Position numbers and translations under genes: made by a program. From an uncultured Candidatus Binatia bacterium (GTDB lineage: Bacteria; Desulfobacterota; Binatia; UBA9968; JAJDTQ01): DNA of 64,000 nt. Of this stretch, positions 45,489-54,136 are shown piece after piece (position 1 is the stretch's first letter; every line of letters starts with the position of its first letter). A model generated the notes under the pieces. That model was not told where the DNA came from and did not search any database. It worked only from the letters and a program-made list of their open reading frames with translations. The stretch is from the NCBI GenBank assembly GCA_965215605.1, contig OZ244070.1, positions 2,272,001 through 2,336,000 of the forward strand, given 5' to 3'.

Positions 45489-45670
45489 TGTCAATGGCAA
45501 CCGAAAACTGCACACATTTGGCAATCGAAAACTGCACACTTTCGAGAAGAGCGTCCGTGCAGAAGTGACGCTCTGCGGTTGGTTCGGTTCATGGGTCATG
45601 GTCTGGACGGAGGGAGCGGAGCGAGCGGAGTCCAGGCCATGACGGGTTGCAGATCGGCAGGACATGGCGC

Positions 45671-46468
45671 TCACAGGACGCCTCCCTGGCGAGGCTGCTC
45701 GTCGGCTGACCGCATGAGGTTGCGGTGTTCGCGCATCCTGTAGCTGTTGCCGCGGATGTTGACGATGTGGCAGTGGTGGAGGAGCCGGTCGATGAGGGCA
45801 GCAGCCATGACCTCGTCGCCGAGGACGCTGCCCCAGTCCTCGAAGCCCTTGTTGGAGGTGAGCACGGTGGAGGCGCGTTCGTGCCTGGCGTTGATGAGCT
45901 GGAAGAAGAGCACGGCGCCGTCCTGGGTAACCGGCAGGTAGCCGATCTCGTCCACCAAGAGCAAGGCGGGATAGGTGAGGACCCGCAGCCGGCGGGAGAG
46001 CTCGCCTGCGGCCTTGGCCTCCAGCAGCGACTCGATCAGTCCGGCCAGGGTTCCGTAGTAGACGCGGCGGCCGGATTCGGCGGCGGCGACGGCTAGGCTG
46101 ATAGCCAGATGAGTCTTGCCGACCCCGGGCGGCCCGAGAAAAATGACGTTTTCGCGGCGATCCAGGAAGCCGAGTTCGTGGAGGCTCTCGATCTGCTCGC
46201 GCTTGATGCTGGGCTGGAAGGCGAAGTCGAACTGGGCCAGGGTCTTCACGGCCGGCAGCCGCGACGAGCGCATGGCGGTCTGGAGGCGGCGGTTGTTGCG
46301 CAACCCGATCTGGGCGTCCAACAACTGCTCGATAGCCTCGCTGGCGGTGGCCGCCCCGCTGTCGGCCTGGGCCAGGACGTCGTCGACGGCCTCGAGCGCG
46401 CCCGGCATCTTCAGATCCGCCAGCATCGCCCGCAGCCGGTCGCGCCGGTTGCCTGCCTCGGCCCTCAT
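45671..46468 (-). CDS. istB: IS21 helper ATPase IstB
   Basis: FDFAFQP, GPPGVGKTHLA, LLVDEIGY, TSN, DRLLHH and GNSYR motifs; ATGA overlap with istA. Confidence 0.96.
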   Translation of the reverse strand: MRAEAGNRRDRLRAMLADLKMPGALEAVDDVLAQADSGAATASEAIEQLLDAQIGLRNNRRLQTAMRSSRLPAVKTLAQFDFAFQPSIKREQIESLHELGFLDRRENVIFLGPPGVGKTHLAISLAVAAAESGRRVYYGTLAGLIESLLEAKAAGELSRRLRVLTYPALLLVDEIGYLPVTQDGAVLFFQLINARHERASTVLTSNKGFEDWGSVLGDEVMAAALIDRLLHHCHIVNIRGNSYRMREHRNLMRSADEQPRQGGVL

Positions 46469-47487
46469 GACACCGCCTCCGCGTAGACCCTGAGCGAGCG
46501 CCGCTCGACGTCTACGGTGACGGGCAGGGGGCGCCGGGCTTGCTGTGGAAGCCTGTGCATACCAAGGCGCCGATACGGGCAACTCGCCAACGGCAGCAGC
46601 GCCTGCTGCTCGTCGCGCTCGAAGCGGTCCACCGGGCGCTCCCTGGTGGTGCCGTGCCAGCGCCGGTTCGCGGTTCCCTCAAGCCACAAGCGCGCCTGCT
46701 CGTTCAGGTCCTCGTCGTTCAGGAACTCCCGGCCGTAGAAGAAGTTGTTGCGGATGTAGCGGATCGGCCGCTCCACCTTGCCCTTGGTTTGGGCTCGGTA
46801 CGGCCGGCATGCCCGAGGCCGGAACCCCCAGTGCGCGGCGAACCGCAAGAAGTCCGCGTTCAACACCAACTCGCCCCCGCCCGCGCGGCCGTCCGACAGC
46901 ACCACCGTCCGCATCTGGTCGAACAAGAGCTCCTGCGGCACCCCGCCGAAGCACTCGAAGGCGCTCTCCAGCCCTTCGATCAGCACTGCCATCGTCTGCC
47001 GCCGGTAAAACCGCAGCCACAACAGCCGGGAGTGGCTCAGAACCATCACCAAAGCATGCCGCCGCCCCCAGGGAAGCGTGAACGTCGCAAAGTCCACCTG
47101 CCCCTGCCGTCCCGCCGGCGTCTCGAACCGCACCACCGCCTCCGCCGGCTCCCTTGGCCGCACCGCCCGAACGTACTCCCTCACACGGACGTACCCGCCC
47201 GTGTAGCCTGCCCCTCGTACCTCGTCGTACAGCCGCTTCGCCGACAACCGCGGATACTCCTCCAGTCGCGCCTCGATGATCCCCTTGTACGGATCCAGCT
47301 TGTGACACACCGGCGGCCTCGCCCTGTATCGCGTCCCGCCTCCCGACAGATCCCGGTCCAACTGTCCTGTCTCGATCCACTCGTGGATCGTCCGGCGACT
47401 CACCCCGAACCGCCGCGACAGCTCCGTCTTCGTTACACCCCGTTCCAGATAGTGCCTAAGCAGCATCCTCGTCTCCCATCCGTGCAT
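46465..47487 (-). CDS. istA: IS21 transposase IstA
   Basis: N-terminal HTH, KLDPYK, RFETPAGRQGQVDF, LFDQM and AQTKGKVER motifs. Confidence 0.96.
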   Translation of the reverse strand: MHGWETRMLLRHYLERGVTKTELSRRFGVSRRTIHEWIETGQLDRDLSGGGTRYRARPPVCHKLDPYKGIIEARLEEYPRLSAKRLYDEVRGAGYTGGYVRVREYVRAVRPREPAEAVVRFETPAGRQGQVDFATFTLPWGRRHALVMVLSHSRLLWLRFYRRQTMAVLIEGLESAFECFGGVPQELLFDQMRTVVLSDGRAGGGELVLNADFLRFAAHWGFRPRACRPYRAQTKGKVERPIRYIRNNFFYGREFLNDEDLNEQARLWLEGTANRRWHGTTRERPVDRFERDEQQALLPLASCPYRRLGMHRLPQQARRPLPVTVDVERRSLRVYAEAVS

Positions 47488-47607
47488 CTGTGCTCCGCTC
47501 CGTTCCTGTTGGTCTTGCCAACAGCCTGGACCCGAGCACTCACGCCAGCAATCAATGTGTGCAGTTTTCGATTGCCATAAATGGGAAATTTACAGTTGCC
47601 ACCAACA

Positions 47608-48938
47608 GAAGCGCAAGGACACCATCGAGCGTTCCCCGCCCGCGCGGGGATGAACCGGCGTCCTCCCCCGCTATCGTGACGGGCACTCCGCGTTCCCCGC
47701 CCGCGCGGGGATGAACCGGCGGTGTGTCCCACCGGCAAACTGCCAATGGGGCGTTCCCCGCCCACGCGGGGATGAACCGACTAGTAATTAGGGAATTTCA
47801 ACCCACTAACCGCGTTCCCCGCCCGCGCGGGGATGAACCGGAGATTTCGGCGTTCTCGATCCTCGCGTCCAGGCGTTCCCCGCCCGCGCGGGGATGAACC
47901 GGCCCTAAGTCGGCGGGGGAATCGAGCGTCTGAGCGTTCCCCGCCCGCGCGGGGATGAACCGTTTCTGCGACGGTCTGCTAGTTCGAACGCTCTGCGTTC
48001 CCCGCCCGCGCGGGGATGAACCGATACCCGGCCAGCGGATAGCGCGGCATCCGGCGCGTTCCCCGCCCGCGCGGGGATGAACCGCGAAGGATTTCCCCGT
48101 CGCCAGATCAAAAAAAGCGTTCCCCGCCCGCGCGGGGATGAACCGTCCAGCCGTAGCACGCTCGTTGATACGCGCACGCGTTCCCCGCCCGCGCGGGGAT
48201 GAACCGACTCGGATGGGTCGCAGACATTTCGATATGAGGCGTTCCCCGCCCGCGCGGGGATGAACCGCTGCTGGTCCACACAGGCAGCGGCCTGGCGATG
48301 CGTTCCCCGCCCGCGCGGGGATGAACCGCCTACCATCGCATGTGATGTAACTATTCCGCGGCGTTCCCCGCCCGCGCGGGGATGAACCGGCTTTGTGGAT
48401 CGTTTGTCCGGCTGAGTCTGCGCGTTCCCCGCCCGCGCGGGGATGAACCGCCTTGTGTCCTATCCATCGCTGGCTCCTCCTGGCGTTCCCCGCCCGCGCG
48501 GGGATGAACCGCAGCATCAGGCCGAGCAGGATCACCACCAGAAGCGTTCCCCGCCCGCGCGGGGATGAACCGGCCGGGTTCTTGCTGCAGCTGGTGTTCG
48601 GCACGCGTTCCCCGCCCGCGCGGGGATGAACCGTGTAAAGGGGCTACGCACGACAGCTAGATATCGCGTTCCCCGCCCGCGCGGGGATGAACCGGGTTCG
48701 ACGCAGCGGGAGTCCCCACCGTTCAAGCGTTCCCCGCCCGCGCGGGGATGAACCGATACGCACGTACGGGTTTGATAATTAGCCCACGCGTTTCCCGCCC
48801 GCGCGGGGATGAACCGGTGTCGGAATTCTGCTCAAACTGGTGCGCAAAGCGTTCCCCGCCCGCGCGGGGATGAACCGGCCAAGGAGTGGGACCCCCAGCC
48901 GCCCCGGTAGCGTTCCCCGCCCGCGCGGGGATGAACCG
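47608..48938 (+). CRISPR. Type I-E CRISPR array, trailer part (3' half of spacer 13, repeats 14-35, spacers 14-34)
   Basis: Same repeat with 61-nt period from 47629 to 48910; single-base variants in repeats 16 (47751) and 33 (48788); degenerate repeat-like tail to about 48993. Confidence 0.99.
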
Positions 48939-49169
48939 GCGGCGTCGGTCAGGAAGGCGACTTCGTCCCCATGCCAAGCATAGGGGTGATCCCACTCAGA
49001 CCGAGTGCAAAGAGTACAGGCCCGGCGAAGCTGTTTGCTGTGCCCTCGCGTATGAGGAGGTCACTTGCCCGCGGGTGATGGAATTGACGGAGAGAAAGAA
49101 GGTGTTGACTTGCTGCCAGCGAGAAACCGGGGCTTCTGAGGCGCCGACAAACAGTATCGAGTCGTCGGT

Positions 49170-49261
49170 GTCGTTCGCCGGTCGGGTTTGAGTTCTCCTC
49201 GGCGAATGGCTCCAGCCTGCCTGATGCTCTCAACCAGCCGTTTGAAGTCGCTTTCCTTCAC
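49170..49261 (-). pseudogene. N-terminal remnant of a NadS/HigA-like HTH antitoxin
   Basis: MKESDFKRLVESIRQAGAIRRGELKP resembles that family's N-terminus; no HTH follows. Confidence 0.5.
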
Positions 49262-49291
49262 CCGAGTGTCCCCTTCATCAACGATGTCCGC

Positions 49292-50182
49292 TCAGATCAC
49301 CTTGTTCAGCGGGTACTCGACGATCCCGACGGCGCCGGCTCGCGTCAGTTCGGGGATGAGTTCGCGCACCACGTCCTCGGCGATGATGCTTTCCACCGAG
49401 AACCACTTCTTTCCTTTCAGGGCGGGGGTGTCGTAGAGGGTTGCGACGGTCGGGGCGGTCACGCTCGGGATCAGGCCGATGATCTTCTCGAGGTCGGCTT
49501 CCATCACGTTCATCTTGATGCCTACCTTGTGCTCGGCGGCCAGGGCGCCCTGGAGCAGCATGCTGATCTGCTCGATCTTGGCGTGCTTCCATGGGTCCTG
49601 CCAAGCGGTCTTGTTGGCGATGAGCTGGGGCGCGGACTCCAGCAGGTCGGTGACGATGCGGAGGCCGTGGGCGCGGATGGTGCCGCCGGTCTCGGTCACT
49701 TCGACGATGGCGTCGGCCAGGCCTTCGGCGGCCTTGGCCTCGGTGGCGCCCCAGGAGAACTCCACGTCCACCGGCGTGTCGTGCGCCTCGAACAGCCGCC
49801 GGGTGAAGTTGACCATCTCGGTGGCGACCTTCTTGCCCTTGAGGTCTTCGATCTTCTGCACCGGCGAGTCGTGAGGCACGGCGAGCACCCAGCGCGTCGG
49901 CCGGAAGCTCGTCTTGGCATAGATCAACTCGGTGATGTACTCGACGTCCGAGTCGTTCTCCTGGATCCAGTCCCTGCCGGTGATGCCGGCGTCCAGGGTG
50001 CCGTCCTCCACGTAGCGCGACATCTCCTGCGCGCGCACCACGCTGCAGTTCAGGGACTTGTCGTCGATGGAAGGGAAGTAGCTCCGGTCCATGCCGGTGA
50101 TCTTCCATCCCGACTTGCGGAACAACTCGATGGTGGACTTCTCCAGGCTTCCCTTGGGGAGCCCCAGCTTGAGTTGGCTCAC
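49292..50182 (-). CDS. hisG: ATP phosphoribosyltransferase (long form)
   Basis: GLPKGSL, RAQEM, DAGITGRDW, SWGATEAK and ETGGT motifs; GTGA overlap with hisI. Confidence 0.95.
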   Translation of the reverse strand: MSQLKLGLPKGSLEKSTIELFRKSGWKITGMDRSYFPSIDDKSLNCSVVRAQEMSRYVEDGTLDAGITGRDWIQENDSDVEYITELIYAKTSFRPTRWVLAVPHDSPVQKIEDLKGKKVATEMVNFTRRLFEAHDTPVDVEFSWGATEAKAAEGLADAIVEVTETGGTIRAHGLRIVTDLLESAPQLIANKTAWQDPWKHAKIEQISMLLQGALAAEHKVGIKMNVMEADLEKIIGLIPSVTAPTVATLYDTPALKGKKWFSVESIIAEDVVRELIPELTRAGAVGIVEYPLNKVI

Positions 50183-50556
50183 TTTTTGTAGACCTCCTCG
50201 GGGTCGAAGACCTTCTCCGCGCACACCTCCCAGTCGGCGCCGGCATCGTGGCGGAAGAAGCAGGTGCGGTAACCCATGTGGCAGGCGCCGCCGCCCTGCT
50301 GGTCGATCTTGAGGATCAGCGTGTCGTTGTCGCAGTCCACCAGGATGTCGTGCACCACCTGGAAGTGGCCGGATTCCTCACCCTTGAGCCAAAGCTTGTC
50401 CCGGGAACGGCTGTAGTAGTGGGCCTTGCCGGTTTCGCGTGTGAGGTTGAAGGCCTGTTCGTTCATGTAGGCCAGCATGAGCACGTCCAAGGTCTCGTGG
50501 TCCTGCACCACCACCGGGACGATCCCTCCACCCTTGGCAAAATCGATGGTCTCCAT
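50179..50556 (-). CDS. hisI: Phosphoribosyl-AMP cyclohydrolase
   Basis: YSRSR..LWLKGEESG, DCDNDT and ACHMGYRTCF motifs. Confidence 0.95.
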   Translation of the reverse strand: METIDFAKGGGIVPVVVQDHETLDVLMLAYMNEQAFNLTRETGKAHYYSRSRDKLWLKGEESGHFQVVHDILVDCDNDTLILKIDQQGGGACHMGYRTCFFRHDAGADWEVCAEKVFDPEEVYKK

Positions 50557-50749
50557 TCGGGTCTCTACCCCTTTCATGAAATCTGTCTTCGGGAATGCGC
50601 TACGATCCCGCGGCAGCGGGAGCGCGACAGGCTGGATCAGGCCACTGTCACCGGCTCACACTATGCAAAACACGAAATAAAACATACAAAGGTTGGGCGC
50701 GCAAACGGACCTGGAGAGGCGCGATTTTCAAGGGATTTGGGGCAGTCAC

Positions 50750-51070
50750 ATGAGCGAATTCATGGTTGTCTACATCACCGCGTCGGGTGACAATGCCAAG
50801 GATCTGGCGAGCGCGCTGGTGCGGGAGAAGCTCGCCGCCTGCGTCAACCGCGTGCCCGGGGTCGAGTCCACCTACAACTGGGAAGGGCGGGTGGAGCGCG
50901 ACACCGAGGACCTCCTCATCGTCAAGACCCGGACCGACCTCTTCGACCGCCTCAAGCAGAGGACCCAGGCCCTCCACGATTACGATGTCCCCGAAATCGT
51001 CGGCGTCCCCATCGACCAGGGCAGCGAGAGCTACCTGGAGTGGATGACGGCCTCCTTGTCCAAGGATTGA
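50750..51070 (+). CDS. cutA: Divalent-cation tolerance protein CutA
   Basis: LAACVN, STYNWEG, KT, HDYDVPEI and YLEW motifs. Confidence 0.93.
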   Translation: MSEFMVVYITASGDNAKDLASALVREKLAACVNRVPGVESTYNWEGRVERDTEDLLIVKTRTDLFDRLKQRTQALHDYDVPEIVGVPIDQGSESYLEWMTASLSKD

Positions 51071-51177
51071 CCCCCGCCGCGGACAAGCGCGGGAAACCGC
51101 AAAAACTTGCGCTCGTGGCCGCCATTGTCTAAGTGTCCTGTATCCGAAGCAAATCATCGAATCAGGGAGTACAAACC

Positions 51178-52557
51178 ATGAGAGACCTCCAGGAATTCAT
51201 CGCCGAAGAGGAGAGCAGGCGTCCAGGGGACGTGATCCGGGTGAAGGAGCCCATCGACCCCAACAAGTGCGAGACCATCGCCTTTCTCAAGCACCTCGAC
51301 GACCGAGGGCTGGAGAAGATGGTGCTGTTCGAGAACGTCACGACGCTGGAAGGGAAGCCGTCGCCGTTCCCGCTGTTCTACAACCCCTGGGTCAGCCGGC
51401 AATTCTGTGCCGACGGCATCGGTATGGGCGACCTCACCTCCAAGATGGAACTGAGCCTCGAGGTCTCGCGGCTGGAGAAGGAGAAGGGCGACACGGAGGT
51501 CATCGCGCCCGACAGCGCCCTTTGTCAGCAGGTGGTGTTGAAGGGGCCCGAGGTGGATCTGGCGAGGTTCCCCATCCCCATGCACCACGACCTGGACATC
51601 GGACCCTACTGGACCATGGCCTGCGTCATGAAGGGCGAATCGGCGCCGTTCTATGACATTACGTTCACCAAGAACCTGTATTACGACGGCAAGACCATGA
51701 GTTTCTCGGCCCACAAGCATCATCACCTGGAGGCCATCGTCACCGAGAACGAGGCCAAGGAGCAGCGGGCGCCGGTCATCATCGTGCTGGGACACCACCC
51801 GGCGTTCTACTTCTCGTCCTGCTGCATGACGCCTTACGGCAACGACGACTACCAGAGCGCGGCGGCGTTCATGCACGAGCCGCTGCGGCTGATCCCGTCG
51901 GTCACCTGGGGCGAGGACTTCCTCGTGCCCGCGGACGCCGAGATCATCATCGAGGGCGAGGTGCCGCCCAACGTGCGCCGCTCCCAGAACCCCTTCGGCG
52001 AGGTGCTGGGCTACTACCAGGTGACCATGGATGTGCCCATCGTGGAGGTCACCGCCATCACCCACCGCAAGAACGCCATCCTGCAGGATATCTGGGCGGG
52101 CCAGAAGGACCACTGGAACCTGGGCGGCATCACCAAGGAAGGCAGCGTCTACAACTCCATCAAGCGCAACATCCAGGGCCTCAAGGCCATCCACCTGCCG
52201 CCTTCGGGCTGCGGCCGCGTGATCTGCTACATCTCCATCGACAAGAAGTTCCCCAACGAGCCCAAGAAGGCGGCCATGCAGGCCTTTGCCGATATGCCCA
52301 ACCTCAAGCTGTGCGTGGTGGTGGACGACGACGTGGACGTTTTCAACGAGCGCGAGGTGCTGTGGGCCGTGGGTACCCGCACCCACTGGGACCGGGACCT
52401 GGACGTCATCCGCGAGGTCCAGAACTTCCGCGGCTGGCTCGGCGACAGCGTCGCCGTGGTGGACGCCACCAAGCCCCTGGAAGGCGAGTTTCCCATCCGC
52501 AACGAGGTCCCCCTGGAGGCCATGAAGCGGGTGGACGTGAGCAAGTACGTTGGCTGA
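51178..52557 (+). CDS. UbiD-family (de)carboxylase, divergent
   Basis: VPADAEIIIEG, NPFGEVLGYY, VVDDDVDVF, VLWAVGTR and VDATKP motifs. Confidence 0.88.
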   Translation: MRDLQEFIAEEESRRPGDVIRVKEPIDPNKCETIAFLKHLDDRGLEKMVLFENVTTLEGKPSPFPLFYNPWVSRQFCADGIGMGDLTSKMELSLEVSRLEKEKGDTEVIAPDSALCQQVVLKGPEVDLARFPIPMHHDLDIGPYWTMACVMKGESAPFYDITFTKNLYYDGKTMSFSAHKHHHLEAIVTENEAKEQRAPVIIVLGHHPAFYFSSCCMTPYGNDDYQSAAAFMHEPLRLIPSVTWGEDFLVPADAEIIIEGEVPPNVRRSQNPFGEVLGYYQVTMDVPIVEVTAITHRKNAILQDIWAGQKDHWNLGGITKEGSVYNSIKRNIQGLKAIHLPPSGCGRVICYISIDKKFPNEPKKAAMQAFADMPNLKLCVVVDDDVDVFNEREVLWAVGTRTHWDRDLDVIREVQNFRGWLGDSVAVVDATKPLEGEFPIRNEVPLEAMKRVDVSKYVG

Positions 52558-52668
52558 CAGCTGTGTCACATTCGACGTGCGGATAAAGAGAACCGATGAC
52601 TCCCAACAGCCGGTGCTAGAAGATCGTCCGAAGCTTGTAGGCACGAGTTCAAGGCGAGGACTGGACCG

Positions 52669-53439
52669 ATGACTCAGCGTCGACGCTACAGGAACCCACC
52701 CATCAAAGAGGCGCTTTGCGAGTTTCGCTTCGCGCCGGGTCCGGATTGGGACCTCACGATCCCTGGAAAGCTCCAGGCTGCGCTCGGTGAGGAGTATTCC
52801 GGCAAACCCAGAGAACAGAAAGCAATGCAGGTAGGATTGCATGTCGAGGAAGGTAAGCCTGCCAACCTGCAGTATGGCGAGGGCTTGGCAAAGGTCCAGC
52901 TCTTAACGAGAGATGGAACAAGGCTGGTCGGCGTCGGCCCGGACGTCCTCAGTATTCATATGCTCCGCCCCTATCAGGACCCCTCCAGCTCCGAGGGAGG
53001 TGGATGGGAGGAGTTTGCGCCCCGCATTGCATCTGCGTTGGAGGCCTACCGAAAGGTGGTCGAACCCAACGGCATCAATCGGGTTGGCGTTCGTTACATT
53101 AACCAGATCGCGATTCCTGGGACTAACATTAGAGTTGAGGAGTATCTCAAATGCGCTCATCTGGAGATGAGGGGCTTGCCCGAACATTATGCAAATTTCT
53201 TGAGCCAAGTCGAATACTTGTATGACGATGGAGCACGTCTTAGATTGTCTTATGGTTTGCTTGGAGCCTTGCCGAGTGTCGTGGAATGCCTTCTTGATCT
53301 AGACGTCATTTGGCAAGACAATACGCCGATTGAATCGGAGGCATCGTTGGAAATCGCTAGCGACATGCACGAGCGGGCGGGATCGGCGTTTGAAGCCGTT
53401 GTAACGGATAAAGCCAGGGGGATCTTTGATGCTGGTTGA
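52669..53439 (+). CDS. TIGR04255-family protein
   Basis: Y.NPPIKEALCEFRF, PY...WEEF, RVGVRYINQI and LDLD motifs; C-terminal FEAVVTDKAR..F; lower GC than the host. Confidence 0.8.
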   Translation: MTQRRRYRNPPIKEALCEFRFAPGPDWDLTIPGKLQAALGEEYSGKPREQKAMQVGLHVEEGKPANLQYGEGLAKVQLLTRDGTRLVGVGPDVLSIHMLRPYQDPSSSEGGGWEEFAPRIASALEAYRKVVEPNGINRVGVRYINQIAIPGTNIRVEEYLKCAHLEMRGLPEHYANFLSQVEYLYDDGARLRLSYGLLGALPSVVECLLDLDVIWQDNTPIESEASLEIASDMHERAGSAFEAVVTDKARGIFDAG

Positions 53440-54127
53440 TTCTCGGGAACCCGCGTTGTCAGCAACGCATCCGTTTCTTCCCGCGTTATTTCCGAACACG
53501 GATCGGTCAGGCAGGACTGAAGGACCCGTGCCCATGGTAGGCAGCGGCAGAGAGTCCATGGCTGTCTCGCTCGATCAAGCACGTCTGGGAAGGGCCCTTG
53601 TCGAGCTTGGGTTGCAACTTGTCGTTGAGCCAACTGATACGGCGTTGCTTCATACGAATCTCAGAGCGAGCTTGTTCCCAGCCGTCGTCGATAGAGCTTG
53701 CTTCGAAGACGAGAACCGAGAATATGAACGGCTTGAGAACAGACTGAGGATAGCGTTCGAGGCCGAGCCTCTCGAAGACGGCATCGATCATTCGGCGGAG
53801 CAGATTATCGATGATGCGTTGCAGGCGGTACATGGGCGGAGTATCTTGGTTTGGCTCGGCGCCTTGTCGGTGGATGTCGAGCGCCCGAGCCTGGCGGCGT
53901 CGACTCTACGTTGCTTGGGTCGCCGGCGGCTGGGGACAACCCCGTGGCGCGTCGAGATCGTGCGGTCCGCGCTGACTGCGGACGACGTGGAGATGAGAGA
54001 TGCTGCGGTACAGGCAGCGGAGTCGTGGGGGGATCTGGGAATGCGAGAGGTGCTCTCGAGCCATACGGAGGCGGTACCTTGGCTTCGCGCCTATATCGAG
54101 GACGTGGTCGAGGACCTTGGAGAGTAG
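53429..54127 (+). CDS. Hypothetical protein with a helical/HEAT-like C-terminal domain
   Basis: Overlaps the upstream stop; EPLEDGIDH.AE and ALTADDVEMRDAAVQAAESWG segments. Confidence 0.65.
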   Translation: MLVDSREPALSATHPFLPALFPNTDRSGRTEGPVPMVGSGRESMAVSLDQARLGRALVELGLQLVVEPTDTALLHTNLRASLFPAVVDRACFEDENREYERLENRLRIAFEAEPLEDGIDHSAEQIIDDALQAVHGRSILVWLGALSVDVERPSLAASTLRCLGRRRLGTTPWRVEIVRSALTADDVEMRDAAVQAAESWGDLGMREVLSSHTEAVPWLRAYIEDVVEDLGE

Positions 54128-54136
54128 ACATCGGTA

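Larger units (their letters stand above)
45489..47607 (-). mobile_element. IS21-family insertion sequence (2119 bp) with 5-bp target duplication GAAGC
   Basis: Ends TGTCAATGGCAAC... and ...GTTGCCACCAACA; internal repeats TGGCAAYCGAAAACTGCACAC at both ends; GAAGC at 45484-45488 and 47608-47612; carries istA and istB. Confidence 0.96.

Noticed and set aside
45489-47607. IS21 plus Cascade as a CRISPR-associated transposon
   Set aside because: Cas3 is intact, there is no TniQ/TnsD, the IS ends enclose only istA and istB, and the target duplication shows a simple insertion into a spacer.
47798-48604. Repetitive ORFs (SSPRGRGT / RFIPARAGNA / VHPRAGGER) across the array
   Set aside because: These are translations of the CRISPR repeats, not proteins.
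48512-48604. Spacers 28 (reverse complement LVVILLGLML) and 29 (AGFLLQLVFG) might be adjacent pieces of one membrane-protein gene
   Set aside because: There is no sequence overlap, and direct adjacency would give non-canonical PAMs. Hydrophobic similarity alone is not evidence.
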